From the NCBI GenBank assembly GCA_041551965.1, contig JBFELU010000004.1, forward strand, positions 1,483-65,482: a stretch of DNA of 64,000 nucleotides, read 5' to 3'. Made by a program: the position numbers and the translations under genes. Positions 46,361 to 54,802 of the stretch are shown here, piece after piece. How positions within the stretch are numbered: the first letter of the stretch is position 1; each line of letters opens with the position of its first letter. The DNA is from Acidimicrobiia bacterium. Lineage in GTDB: Bacteria; Actinomycetota; Acidimicrobiia; Spongiisociales; UBA11373. A model generated the notes under the pieces. That model was not told the DNA's origin and searched no databases. It saw nothing but the letters and a program-made list of their open reading frames with translations.

Positions 46361-47073
46361 GCGACGTCGTCATCGCCCATCTCTATCCCTACACCATGAA
46401 CATCTACGGGGACACCGGGAACGTGGTCGCCCTCGCCCAGCGACTGCGGTGGCGGGGCATCGAGCCGACCGTGGAGAGGATCGGCGTCGGCGACCCCTTC
46501 GACCTGAGCCGAGCCGACATCGTGGTGGCGGGGGGCGGAGAGGACGAGTCGCAGCTGGCCGTGGCCGAGGATCTCAGCACCCGCTCCGGGGCGATCCACG
46601 ACGCAGTTGCGGCCGGCGTCGTGTTCCTCACCATCTGCGGCACCTACCAGCTGTTCGCCCGCAGGTTCGTGACCCACGACGGCCTGGAGATCCCGGGGAT
46701 CGGCGTCTTTGCCGCCGAGACGAGGGGTGGAGCGAAGCGCATGATCGGCAACATCGTCGTGGAGACACGGTGGGGCCCACTGGTCGGCTTCGAGAACCAC
46801 AGCGGCCGTACCGTGCTGGACGAAGCTCAGGAGCCGCTCGGTGCGGTGACGAAGGGCTACGGGAACAACGACCGGAGCAAGAATGAGGGGGCGGTGACCG
46901 CCAACGCCTTCGGCACCTACCTCCACGGAGCGTTACTGCCGAAGAACCCATCGTTTGCGGACGAGCTGCTGCTGAGAGCATTGCGCCGCCGGCACGGCGC
47001 CGACTTCGAGCTCCTTCCGCTGGACGACACCTTGGAGCGCCGGGCCGCGACGGCGGCGGCTCGGCGCCCGTGA
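46357..47073 (+). CDS. gatD: lipid II isoglutaminyl synthase glutaminase subunit GatD (class-I amidotransferase-like)
   Basis: HLYPYTMNIYGDTGN...TICGTYQL...YLHG motifs. Confidence 0.8.
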   Translation: MSDVVIAHLYPYTMNIYGDTGNVVALAQRLRWRGIEPTVERIGVGDPFDLSRADIVVAGGGEDESQLAVAEDLSTRSGAIHDAVAAGVVFLTICGTYQLFARRFVTHDGLEIPGIGVFAAETRGGAKRMIGNIVVETRWGPLVGFENHSGRTVLDEAQEPLGAVTKGYGNNDRSKNEGAVTANAFGTYLHGALLPKNPSFADELLLRALRRRHGADFELLPLDDTLERRAATAAARRP

Positions 47074-47074
47074 G

Positions 47075-48094
47075 TCAGCGGAGGAGCGGGGCCACTTCCT
47101 CGGCGAGCCGGAGCACGAGCTCCTGCTGCTGAGAGAAGGGCATGCCGGGGAAGTACGAGCGAGCGATCACGTGGAGGGGGAGACCCGCGCGGTCGGCCAC
47201 CTCGGTGATGCCCTCGGCCACCAGCTCGGGTGGCCCCACCAGCGTCCGGGCGCGAAGGCGCTCCTCGGCGTCGGCGCTCGGCGTCGGCGGCTCCGGGAGC
47301 GGTCCCGGCCCGCGTCGGGCCGAGGATTCCATGTCGCCGTATTTCCACGTGGTGTAGTGGACGTAGTCGCGGATCTCCTCCCAGCCCCGCTCCGGATCGT
47401 CGGCGACGTAGATCATCTGGTAGTGCGCCCACTCGAAGGCCCGTTCCGTCCCGGTGCGTTGCCGCTCATCGGCGGCGATGGCGATTTGCTCGGCGAGGCG
47501 ATCGGGTGGGGCATTGGAGAAGAATCCGTCGGCGAGCCGGGCGGCGCGGCGCACCGCGGCCTCGGCGTTCCCCCCGATCCAGATGGGAATGGGCCGATCC
47601 GGAACCGGCCGCACCGCAATCGGAGGCACGCTGTAGACCCCGGCGGGGTGATCGATCACCTCCCCCGACCACGCGGCCGGAAGCAGGGTGAGCGCTTCCT
47701 CCATGGCCCTTCCCCGGGAGCGGCGGTCGACGCCGAGGGCATCGAACTCGACCTCGGACCATCCGAGTCCCAGCCCGAGAACGAGTCTCCCTCCGGCCAG
47801 CAGCGACACCGTGGCGGCGTCCTCGGCCAGCCGGATCGGATCATGGAGTGGGGCGAGCACGACGCCGGTCCCGATGGTGATCCGCTCGGTGCGAACGGCC
47901 ATGGCGGCGCTCATCACGAGGAGCGACGGCATGTAGCCGTCGTCGACGAAGTGGTGCTCGGTGGTCCAGATCGAGTCGAGCCCGGCACGGTCGGCGAGGA
48001 CCGCCAGCTCGAGGGCTTCCCGGTAGAGGTCGCTCCACGATCGATCGTCGGATGGATGGCGTTGACAGGAGATCAGCCCGAAGCCGAGCCGCAT
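47075..48094 (-). CDS. LLM-class flavin/F420-dependent oxidoreductase
   Basis: MRLGFGLIS...LDSIWTTEHH...LGLGLGW. ATGA-type overlap with the upstream ACT gene. The rest of the 707-aa track ORF is noise. Confidence 0.8.
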   Translation of the reverse strand: MRLGFGLISCQRHPSDDRSWSDLYREALELAVLADRAGLDSIWTTEHHFVDDGYMPSLLVMSAAMAVRTERITIGTGVVLAPLHDPIRLAEDAATVSLLAGGRLVLGLGLGWSEVEFDALGVDRRSRGRAMEEALTLLPAAWSGEVIDHPAGVYSVPPIAVRPVPDRPIPIWIGGNAEAAVRRAARLADGFFSNAPPDRLAEQIAIAADERQRTGTERAFEWAHYQMIYVADDPERGWEEIRDYVHYTTWKYGDMESSARRGPGPLPEPPTPSADAEERLRARTLVGPPELVAEGITEVADRAGLPLHVIARSYFPGMPFSQQQELVLRLAEEVAPLLR

Positions 48095-48477
48095 CAGGAG
48101 AGGGCGAGGCGGGTCCGCGCCGCGTCCACCTCGTCGACGGCGAGGGCGAACTGGAGACCTTCCGCCGAGGAGCGGAGCAGGTACACCGCATCGATGTTGA
48201 TGCCGGCGTCGGCGAGGCGGCGGGCCATCGTTGCCAGCGCCCCGGGCCGGTGGGGGAGTGTCGTCACGAGCACCTCGCGCTCGTCGAACGCGACGCCGGC
48301 ACGCCGCAACACGGAGCGGGCCGTGAGCTCGTCGTCCACCATCATGCGAACCACGCCCTCCTCGTCGAGCCCGAAGGCAGCCAACGCCTCGACGTTGATG
48401 CCCGCAGAAGCGATCTGCTCCGTCAGCGTGGCCAGCATGCCCGGCCGGTTGGCAAGGTGCACCGTGAACTCGGTCAT
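48094..48477 (-). CDS. ACT-domain protein (tandem ACT)
   Basis: Two beta-alpha-beta-beta-alpha-beta-like units, with GMLATLTEQIASAGINVEAL and GALATMARRLADAGINIDAV. Confidence 0.7.
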   Translation of the reverse strand: MTEFTVHLANRPGMLATLTEQIASAGINVEALAAFGLDEEGVVRMMVDDELTARSVLRRAGVAFDEREVLVTTLPHRPGALATMARRLADAGINIDAVYLLRSSAEGLQFALAVDEVDAARTRLALS

Positions 48478-48520
48478 GCCTCGACTCTACGCCTTCGGCG
48501 GCCGTGACTACGGTGAGCCG

Positions 48521-48922
48521 ATGGATCTGAGGCTCCTGGGCGTTCTCGTGGTGGCGGGCCTCGTCGTTGCGGGGTGTGGCGGGGACGGCGATGCGGGCTC
48601 CGTGCCGCCCGCCGAGGGTTGCGCCGATGTGGTCGACGTCTCGGTCGAGCCCGATGGGGGCAGCGAGTTCACCTTCCGGGTCGCGGTTCGATCGGCCGAC
48701 ACGGGTTGGGACAAGTACGCCGATGCCTGGCGGATCGTGGGACCGGGCGGTGCCGTGCTCGGTACCCGGGAGCTCACCCACCCCCACGTCGAAGAGCAAC
48801 CGTTCACTCGCTCTCTCGCGGCGGTGGCCGTTCCCGAATCGGTGGAGACCGTGACGGTGCGGGCCCGTGACTCGGTCCTCGGCTTCTGCGGACGTGAGGC
48901 GACCGCGGAGATCCCCCGATGA
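48521..48922 (+). CDS. small lipoprotein, unknown function
   Basis: MDLRLLGVLVVAGLVVAGCGGD lipobox. ATGA overlap with the NUDIX gene. Confidence 0.5.
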   Translation: MDLRLLGVLVVAGLVVAGCGGDGDAGSVPPAEGCADVVDVSVEPDGGSEFTFRVAVRSADTGWDKYADAWRIVGPGGAVLGTRELTHPHVEEQPFTRSLAAVAVPESVETVTVRARDSVLGFCGREATAEIPR

Positions 48923-49467
48923 GCACCCACCGGGTCTGGGACGGCGCCGCATGGAGGGACGTGCCGGTGGCCGACCTCGGGGGCGAGCCGCTGGTGGTGG
49001 CGAATGTGGCGGCACTGGTCTTCCCCGACGACCGGCGGGCCGCGCTCTTGCTGCAGCGGAGGGACCGGCCCGGGGAACCGGTGCGCGGCCTGCTGGAGCT
49101 CCCCTCGGGCCGCTGGCGGGCGGGGGAGACCCCCGCCGAGGCCGTGGCCAGGGAGGTCGTCGAAGAGACCGGGCTGCGGGTCCGCGAAGTGGAGGCACCG
49201 GTGCGGCGCTACGAGGCCCACCGTCGGCGACCTTTTCTCAGCCTCGACCCGCTGGCGATCACCGTCGGAGTCGAGGGGGCCTATCCCGCCCTGCACCTCG
49301 TCTTCGCCTGTTTGGCCGAGGGGGAACCGCGGGCGCTGGCCGGGGAAACCGCCGATCCCCGGTGGTACCGGCTCGAAGAGGTTCGTCGCGCCCTCGAGAC
49401 GCCGGGGGACTTCACCGGACCCACAGTGGCGATCCTCTCCGAGTGGTTGGCGGGAGCGGGCGCCTAG
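48919..49467 (+). CDS. NUDIX hydrolase
   Basis: Nudix box GLLELPSGRWRAGETPAEAVAREVVEETGL. Confidence 0.75.
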   Translation: MSTHRVWDGAAWRDVPVADLGGEPLVVANVAALVFPDDRRAALLLQRRDRPGEPVRGLLELPSGRWRAGETPAEAVAREVVEETGLRVREVEAPVRRYEAHRRRPFLSLDPLAITVGVEGAYPALHLVFACLAEGEPRALAGETADPRWYRLEEVRRALETPGDFTGPTVAILSEWLAGAGA

Positions 49468-49952
49468 AGGTCGTCGCTTTCGGCGTCGGGGCGGGTCGTC
49501 GAAGGGACCACCAGGACCGGGCGTCCCAGCTCGCGCATCACCCGGGCGGAGACGCTCTCCCATTCGTCGAAGAGGTGCTTGGTGGCTCCCAGGACGACGA
49601 CGTCGGCGTTCCAGGCCTCCGACTCCTCCACGATGGTCGCGGCCGGATCCTCGCCCTCGAGGTGCATGACGTAGGGCTCGATCCGGCGGGTCTGGAGCGC
49701 CGCCAGGATCGGGTCGGTGAGTCGACGGCCCCGCTCCTCGACGTACCGTTCGATCACCGCGTCCTCCTCCTCTGACCACGCCGGGGAGCCCTCGGCGAGG
49801 GGATGCCACTGCTCCGATCTGATCGTGTCGAGAAAGGACCGGGGTACCTCGATCACCGTGAGCACCGCGACGGCGCCGTCATCGCCGACGAGCCGCTCGG
49901 CGAAGTCGGCCACGGGATCGGGAGAGAGGACGCCGGCGGTGGCGATGAGCAT
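49464..49952 (-). CDS. universal stress protein (UspA family)
   Basis: MLIATAG...VVVLGATKH...GRPVLVVP. The upstream part of the track ORF is antisense to the flavin reductase gene. Confidence 0.7.
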   Translation of the reverse strand: MLIATAGVLSPDPVADFAERLVGDDGAVAVLTVIEVPRSFLDTIRSEQWHPLAEGSPAWSEEEDAVIERYVEERGRRLTDPILAALQTRRIEPYVMHLEGEDPAATIVEESEAWNADVVVLGATKHLFDEWESVSARVMRELGRPVLVVPSTTRPDAESDDL

Positions 49953-50015
49953 CCGCACGGGTTTCAGGTTATCGGTCGGAGCGGGGGTACGCTGCCCGCC
50001 CCAGCGAGGAGTGGC

Positions 50016-50525
50016 GTGGACCGTCCCGACGAGCTCGTGAACAGAGTCCTGTGGAAGATCCCAAACGTCCTGTGCCTCATCGGTTCCCGGTCGGGTGAGG
50101 AGTGGAACGGGATGACCGCGTCCTGGGTGACACAGGTCGCGATGGAGCCCGTGCTCGTCGCGGTGTCGATCGACAAGAAGGCCGTGAGTCATCGGCTGAT
50201 CGTCGAGGGGGAATCGTTCACGGTGAATCTGTGGCCCCGCGACGACACCAGGCCGTTCGTGAAGTTCTCCAAGCCGGCGGTCAAGGAGGGTATGGCGCTG
50301 AACGGCCGCCCGATCACCGAGCGGGTCACCGGAGCCCCCGTCTTCGAAGAGGCGGTGGCCTATCTCGATTGCCGCCTGGATCGTGTGGTCGATTGCGGGA
50401 CCCACTCACTGATGATCGGCGAGGTGGTCGATTGCAGCTTCCTCTCCGACGACCCCGAGACGCCGGTGGCTCGAATGGAAGACACCCGGATGAAATACGG
50501 GGGCGTCAAGCGCGGCGGTCACTGA
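50016..50525 (+). CDS. flavin reductase-like FMN-binding protein
   Basis: GTG after AGGAG. VLCLIGSRSGEEWNGMTASWVTQVAMEPVLVAVSI has the flavin_reduct fold. Confidence 0.7.
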   Translation: MDRPDELVNRVLWKIPNVLCLIGSRSGEEWNGMTASWVTQVAMEPVLVAVSIDKKAVSHRLIVEGESFTVNLWPRDDTRPFVKFSKPAVKEGMALNGRPITERVTGAPVFEEAVAYLDCRLDRVVDCGTHSLMIGEVVDCSFLSDDPETPVARMEDTRMKYGGVKRGGH

Positions 50526-50531
50526 CCGGCG

Positions 50532-51035
50532 TCAGGAGCGCTGCAGGAGAGCGCCGATGTCGGCCCGCTCCGATCGGGTCAGAGGGCGGCTCGTATGCGC
50601 CCAGACCGCCTCGGCGAGGCGCCCCGGCCTCACCACGAGGAGTCGGCCCAACCTGGTTCCGTCGCCCGGGCCCTCGGTGACGAGCACGGGATAGGGGTGG
50701 ATCCGGGGGTGATCGTCGGCGAGCAACGCCCGTAGGGCAAAGGTGTTGCGGAGTGCGGTCTTCACCGGCTCCTTCACCCTCAGTCCGTTGCGGATCACGC
50801 CCTGGGGCCGGATAGCGGCCGGCCGGAGATCCGGATCGAAGTGCACCGTGAACACGCCGTTGGGGCCCACCAGGACTCGGTCGACGACACCGCCGGGGAC
50901 TGCGACGTGGTCGAGAGAGATCCATTCTTGGGGGAGTTCGGTGGTCTCGGGTCGAACCCCGGTGGGTAGGGCATCGAGAAGCCCGACCGCAGGACGAGGC
51001 GGTGCCGCAGGTTCGAGAGTGAACACCTGTGCCAT
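50532..51035 (-). CDS. NERD (nuclease-related) domain protein
   Basis: DRVLVGPNGVFTVH matches the NERD core D-x-V-L-I-G-P-x-G-V-F-V-I-E. Confidence 0.6.
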   Translation of the reverse strand: MAQVFTLEPAAPPRPAVGLLDALPTGVRPETTELPQEWISLDHVAVPGGVVDRVLVGPNGVFTVHFDPDLRPAAIRPQGVIRNGLRVKEPVKTALRNTFALRALLADDHPRIHPYPVLVTEGPGDGTRLGRLLVVRPGRLAEAVWAHTSRPLTRSERADIGALLQRS

Positions 51036-51071
51036 CGGGAAGCCATCGGCCGGTTCGGACGGCCGCTTGAG

Positions 51072-52265
51072 TCAGTGGAGGGGATAGCCGGGCTGGCCGG
51101 AGGCGAGCCAGCCCTCGAATGCCTCAGCGTCGGGCACGTCCCTTCCGGCGGCCGCCGACATCACGTAGCGGTGGTGGAGGAAGTCCGCAAAGGCCTGGAC
51201 CGGATCGTCGGTCCTTCGGTTGGGGAGGGCACGGATTCGATCCATGAGGGGCTCGAAGATCTCGACGCGCCAACGGATCGCCGAGATGTCCTTTCCTGCG
51301 GGTGTGGTCAGACCGAAGTCGTACCGCGAGAGATCCGAGAGGATCTGTCTTGCCTGGCGTTCCGAGGCTTCCAGGCCGGTGAGTTCCCGTAGTCGCCGGG
51401 TGTGGTAATGCCGTCCCCCTACCTTGAGTCGCATGCGGACTCGATCGCCTCCGGCATGGGGCACGAGTTCGAGGTCGTCGACTTCGAACCCGAGGGCATT
51501 GATGCGACGGATCTGCTCGGTGATGCGATAGCGCTCATCGGGTCCGACGATCTCGGCGCGGGTGATCTCGGCCCACAGCGCCTCGTAGCGTCCGGCGACG
51601 TCCTCTCCGAGCGCGAGGTCGGCGTCGTCGATGTCCGCACCCTGCGAGGCGGCGATGTCGGCCATGCCTCCGGCGACGTTCTGGATCATGATCGCGAGGT
51701 CGTCGGCGCGTTGACCGTCGGAGAGCTCGTTGCGCAACTCGGCGGTCTCGGCGTCGACCATCGTCACGTCGATGGCCTCGGCGTCGTAGCGATAGAGGAC
51801 GTTCGACAGCGAACAATCACCCCAGTAGCACCCCAGGGCGTGCAACTCGATCAGGAGGCCGGCAAACGCGTCCAGCATCTGGTTGCGGCGGTCCCCGAAA
51901 CCGGTGCCGGAAAGCAGCTCTCGGTATGAGAACGCATAGGGGAGGTAGGCGGTGATGACGGCCGCCGACCATTCGGCGTCGTGATCGACCCAATCACGCT
52001 CCACCAATCCGACCGGTCTCACCGCGGGGGCGTCGATCTCCTCCAGGGTTCGCAGCACCTCGTATTCGTGGCGGGCGGCCCGAAGCGGGAGTTCCTTGAC
52101 GGCGTAGATGCCCTCGTCGTACCCGTAGAACTGCACCTCGTGGCGGGAGATCCCCTTCGGCAGGTCGAGGCGGCGCGGGTGGTCCCATTCGACCAGCGAC
52201 CGGTCCCAGGGGAGATCCAGGAAGTCGGGGTTTCCGGCCCGAACGACGATATGCGGTGTCGCCAT
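51072..52265 (-). CDS. protein-kinase-like fold / DUF4032 family protein
   Basis: Start taken at MATPHIVV. The catalytic-loop-like LGCYWGDCSLSNVLY, a Kdo/RIO-like N-lobe, and a conserved C-terminal DUF4032-like region. Confidence 0.6.
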   Translation of the reverse strand: MATPHIVVRAGNPDFLDLPWDRSLVEWDHPRRLDLPKGISRHEVQFYGYDEGIYAVKELPLRAARHEYEVLRTLEEIDAPAVRPVGLVERDWVDHDAEWSAAVITAYLPYAFSYRELLSGTGFGDRRNQMLDAFAGLLIELHALGCYWGDCSLSNVLYRYDAEAIDVTMVDAETAELRNELSDGQRADDLAIMIQNVAGGMADIAASQGADIDDADLALGEDVAGRYEALWAEITRAEIVGPDERYRITEQIRRINALGFEVDDLELVPHAGGDRVRMRLKVGGRHYHTRRLRELTGLEASERQARQILSDLSRYDFGLTTPAGKDISAIRWRVEIFEPLMDRIRALPNRRTDDPVQAFADFLHHRYVMSAAAGRDVPDAEAFEGWLASGQPGYPLH

Positions 52266-52427
52266 GTCCCGGCATTGTCGCCGATCGGAGCAATACCCAG
52301 AGCCATGGTCGTGCCGCAACGGATCAGCGTCCGGGGCGGCGAGCGGGTCGAGATCGTCGAACGGCTCCAACCCGGAGGAAGACTCGTCGCGGAGCCGGCG
52401 GTCTGCGAGGCGAGCAGGCCGCCCTCG

Positions 52428-52865
52428 TCACATGATCTCGCCGAGCCTCTTCAGCAGCGCGGTTTCCTCGGTGTGGATCTCATCGAGGGCGCCGACGAGC
52501 AATGCGTTCAGTGCGGTGCCGCCTCGAAGGAAGTCCGTCGACAGACCGATCATCTTCCGGTGCTGATTCCGGTGAAGACGATCGGCGTGGGCGAGGCCTA
52601 CCTCAACGGCCACCCCTTCGTCGGGGACGCGGCCATCGAGGACGCACAGCAGCACGTCGCACTCCAGCACCTGCTGACTGTCGAGCTCGAAGATTCGCCG
52701 GGCAACCTCAGGCCTTCCGATGACCTTCGGGTCGAGGGGGCCCTCATACCCATCCCGCTGTGGGAGGAAGACATCGAAGCCGAGCGCCTCGATCGAGGCG
52801 GCGAGCCGGGCGTTGAACGCTCGCTCCTGGGCGCTGAACAGGGGAGCGGCAAAGTACAGGCGCAT
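52428..52865 (-). CDS. nucleoside 2-deoxyribosyltransferase family protein
   Basis: MRLYFAAPLFSAQER...DEGVAVEVGLAHA (Nuc_deoxyrib_tr signature with a catalytic Glu). Confidence 0.65.
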   Translation of the reverse strand: MRLYFAAPLFSAQERAFNARLAASIEALGFDVFLPQRDGYEGPLDPKVIGRPEVARRIFELDSQQVLECDVLLCVLDGRVPDEGVAVEVGLAHADRLHRNQHRKMIGLSTDFLRGGTALNALLVGALDEIHTEETALLKRLGEIM

Positions 52866-53065
52866 GGAGTACCTCCGGCGATGCCATGCTATCGGAAGAT
52901 GCCGGTCGGCCTTCCTGGGATCGAACACGTCCACGGCGCGATCCGCCACACCGTGTCGATCGCTTCGACCGAGGGCTCGCCTCTCGGGTCGGATGGCCGC
53001 TCCGCCGGGGTCTTCGTGTTCGACCTGCTGCGCCGGATGGCCTCGGCGTAGGATTCCCGGGACCA

Positions 53066-54790
53066 GGGAGGGAATCGGTGACCGCTGCACCCGTCGGGAT
53101 CCATCACGAGCCGACCTCAACGTTTCAGATCGACCAATCGGTCGAGACGCTGCGGAGCCGGGCGGCCGATTGGTCTGCCGTGCCGATCGAGCGGAAGATC
53201 GAGTACCTCCGTGCCGTTCAGGGCGGGACTCTGGCGGTGGCGCACGACCTGGTGGCCGAGGCGATGGCCGCCAAGGGCGTCTCGGAGAGGGTCGCGGCCG
53301 AGGATTGGTTGAGCGGGCCCATCATCATCTTGCGGACGCTCCGCTTCTTGATCGAGACGCTGGAGAGCATTCGCAGGACCGGCCGCGTTCCGATCGAGGA
53401 TCGCGACGTCTCGGTGCGGTCCGACGGGCAGGTCGTGGTGCGAGTCACGCCGGCCGACATCTACGACCGGATCCTGTATCGGGGCTGGGAGGCCGATGTG
53501 TGGATGGAGCCCGACCTCGCTCGTCCCGATCTCCTCGATCATACGGGCGGCATCTACACCAAGCCGGAGACTGCATCGCCCGGCGTCGCCGTCGTCCTCG
53601 GTGCCGGCAACGTGATCAGCATCGGGGCCCTCGACGTGATCCAGAAGCTGTTCGTGGAAGGCAAGACGACGATCCTCAAGCACAGCCCCGTGAACGATTA
53701 CGGCGGGCCCTACGTAGAGCGTGCCTTCGCCGATCTCATCGCCGACGGGTACCTGCGCACGGCGTATGGAGGGACCGAGGTGGGAGGTGTCCTGGTCGGC
53801 CACCCCGCGGTGGACGAGGTGCACATCACGGGGGCGGCGGCCAGTCACGATGCCATCGTGTTCGGCCCCGGTGAGGAGGGTTCAGCTCGCAAGGCCCGCA
53901 ACGAACCCCTGCTGACCAAACCGATCACGAGCGAGCTCGGCAACGTGAGTCCGGTCATCGTGGTGCCGGGGGCGTGGAAGACCCGGGACCTGCAGTACCA
54001 AGCCGAACACCTGGCCACCCAGATGCTGATGAACGGCGGTTTCAACTGCAATGCCGCCAAGGTGGTCGTCATGCATCGCGCCTGGGGGCAGCGAGAGGAG
54101 TTCCTCGATCACCTGAGGGCCGTCCTGATGTCGTTCCCACCGCGACCCGCCTACTACCCGGGCGCCGAGGCACGCTTCGATCGGTTCGTCGGTTCGCACC
54201 CCTCTGTGGAGATCCTCGGGGTCCGATCGGAGGGCTATGTACCTCCCGCACTGCTCATGGATGTGGACGCCGGTGGTGATCACCCCGCGTTCGGGGAGGA
54301 GTCGTTCTGCTCGGTCTCCGCGGTGACGTTGCTCGACGGGGATGACCCGGCCGACTTCCTCACCCGAGCCGTCGCGTTCTGCAACGAGCGGCTCAACGGA
54401 ACGCTGAACGCCACGGTGGTGGTCGACCCGGCCACCGCCGAGTCGATCGCCCCGAGTCTCGATGCGGCCACGGCCGGGCTCCGGTACGGGGCGGTCGGAG
54501 TGAACCTCTGGGGTGGGGCCGCCTTCGCCTTGGGCACCACACCGTGGGGCGGCATCCCCGGCCAACCCCTCGACGATATTCAGAGCGGCCGCGGGTTCGT
54601 CCACAATGCTCGGTTGTTCGATCGACCTCAGAAGACGGTGATCCGCGCGCCCTTCAGGATCGTGCCCAAGCCGCCGTGGTTCGTCACCCACCGCAACCCG
54701 CATCGAGTGTTCCCCAAGTTGGCGGCAATCGAGGAGGCCCCGTCGCTGGCCCGGGTCCCGGGAGTGATCCTGGCCTCGCTCCTGGGCTGA
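53066..54790 (+). CDS. aldehyde dehydrogenase family protein
   Basis: GTG after GGGAGGG. ALDH body with Cys in FNCNAAKVVV and GTEVGG. Confidence 0.8.
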   Translation, partial: GRESVTAAPVGIHHEPTSTFQIDQSVETLRSRAADWSAVPIERKIEYLRAVQGGTLAVAHDLVAEAMAAKGVSERVAAEDWLSGPIIILRTLRFLIETLESIRRTGRVPIEDRDVSVRSDGQVVVRVTPADIYDRILYRGWEADVWMEPDLARPDLLDHTGGIYTKPETASPGVAVVLGAGNVISIGALDVIQKLFVEGKTTILKHSPVNDYGGPYVERAFADLIADGYLRTAYGGTEVGGVLVGHPAVDEVHITGAAASHDAIVFGPGEEGSARKARNEPLLTKPITSELGNVSPVIVVPGAWKTRDLQYQAEHLATQMLMNGGFNCNAAKVVVMHRAWGQREEFLDHLRAVLMSFPPRPAYYPGAEARFDRFVGSHPSVEILGVRSEGYVPPALLMDVDAGGDHPAFGEESFCSVSAVTLLDGDDPADFLTRAVAFCNERLNGTLNATVVVDPATAESIAPSLDAATAGLRYGAVGVNLWGGAAFALGTTPWGGIPGQPLDDIQSGRGFVHNARLFDRPQKTVIRAPFRIVPKPPWFVTHRNPHRVFPKLAAIEEAPSLARVPGVILASLLG

Positions 54791-54802
54791 GTCCCAGGGC
54801 TC

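Noticed and set aside
47075-49198. 707-aa and 433-aa minus-strand ORFs across 47.0-49.8 kb
   Set aside because: The real genes here are a 339-aa LLM oxidoreductase, an ACT protein, a lipoprotein, NUDIX and USP. The long versions are antisense extensions full of R/G/P.
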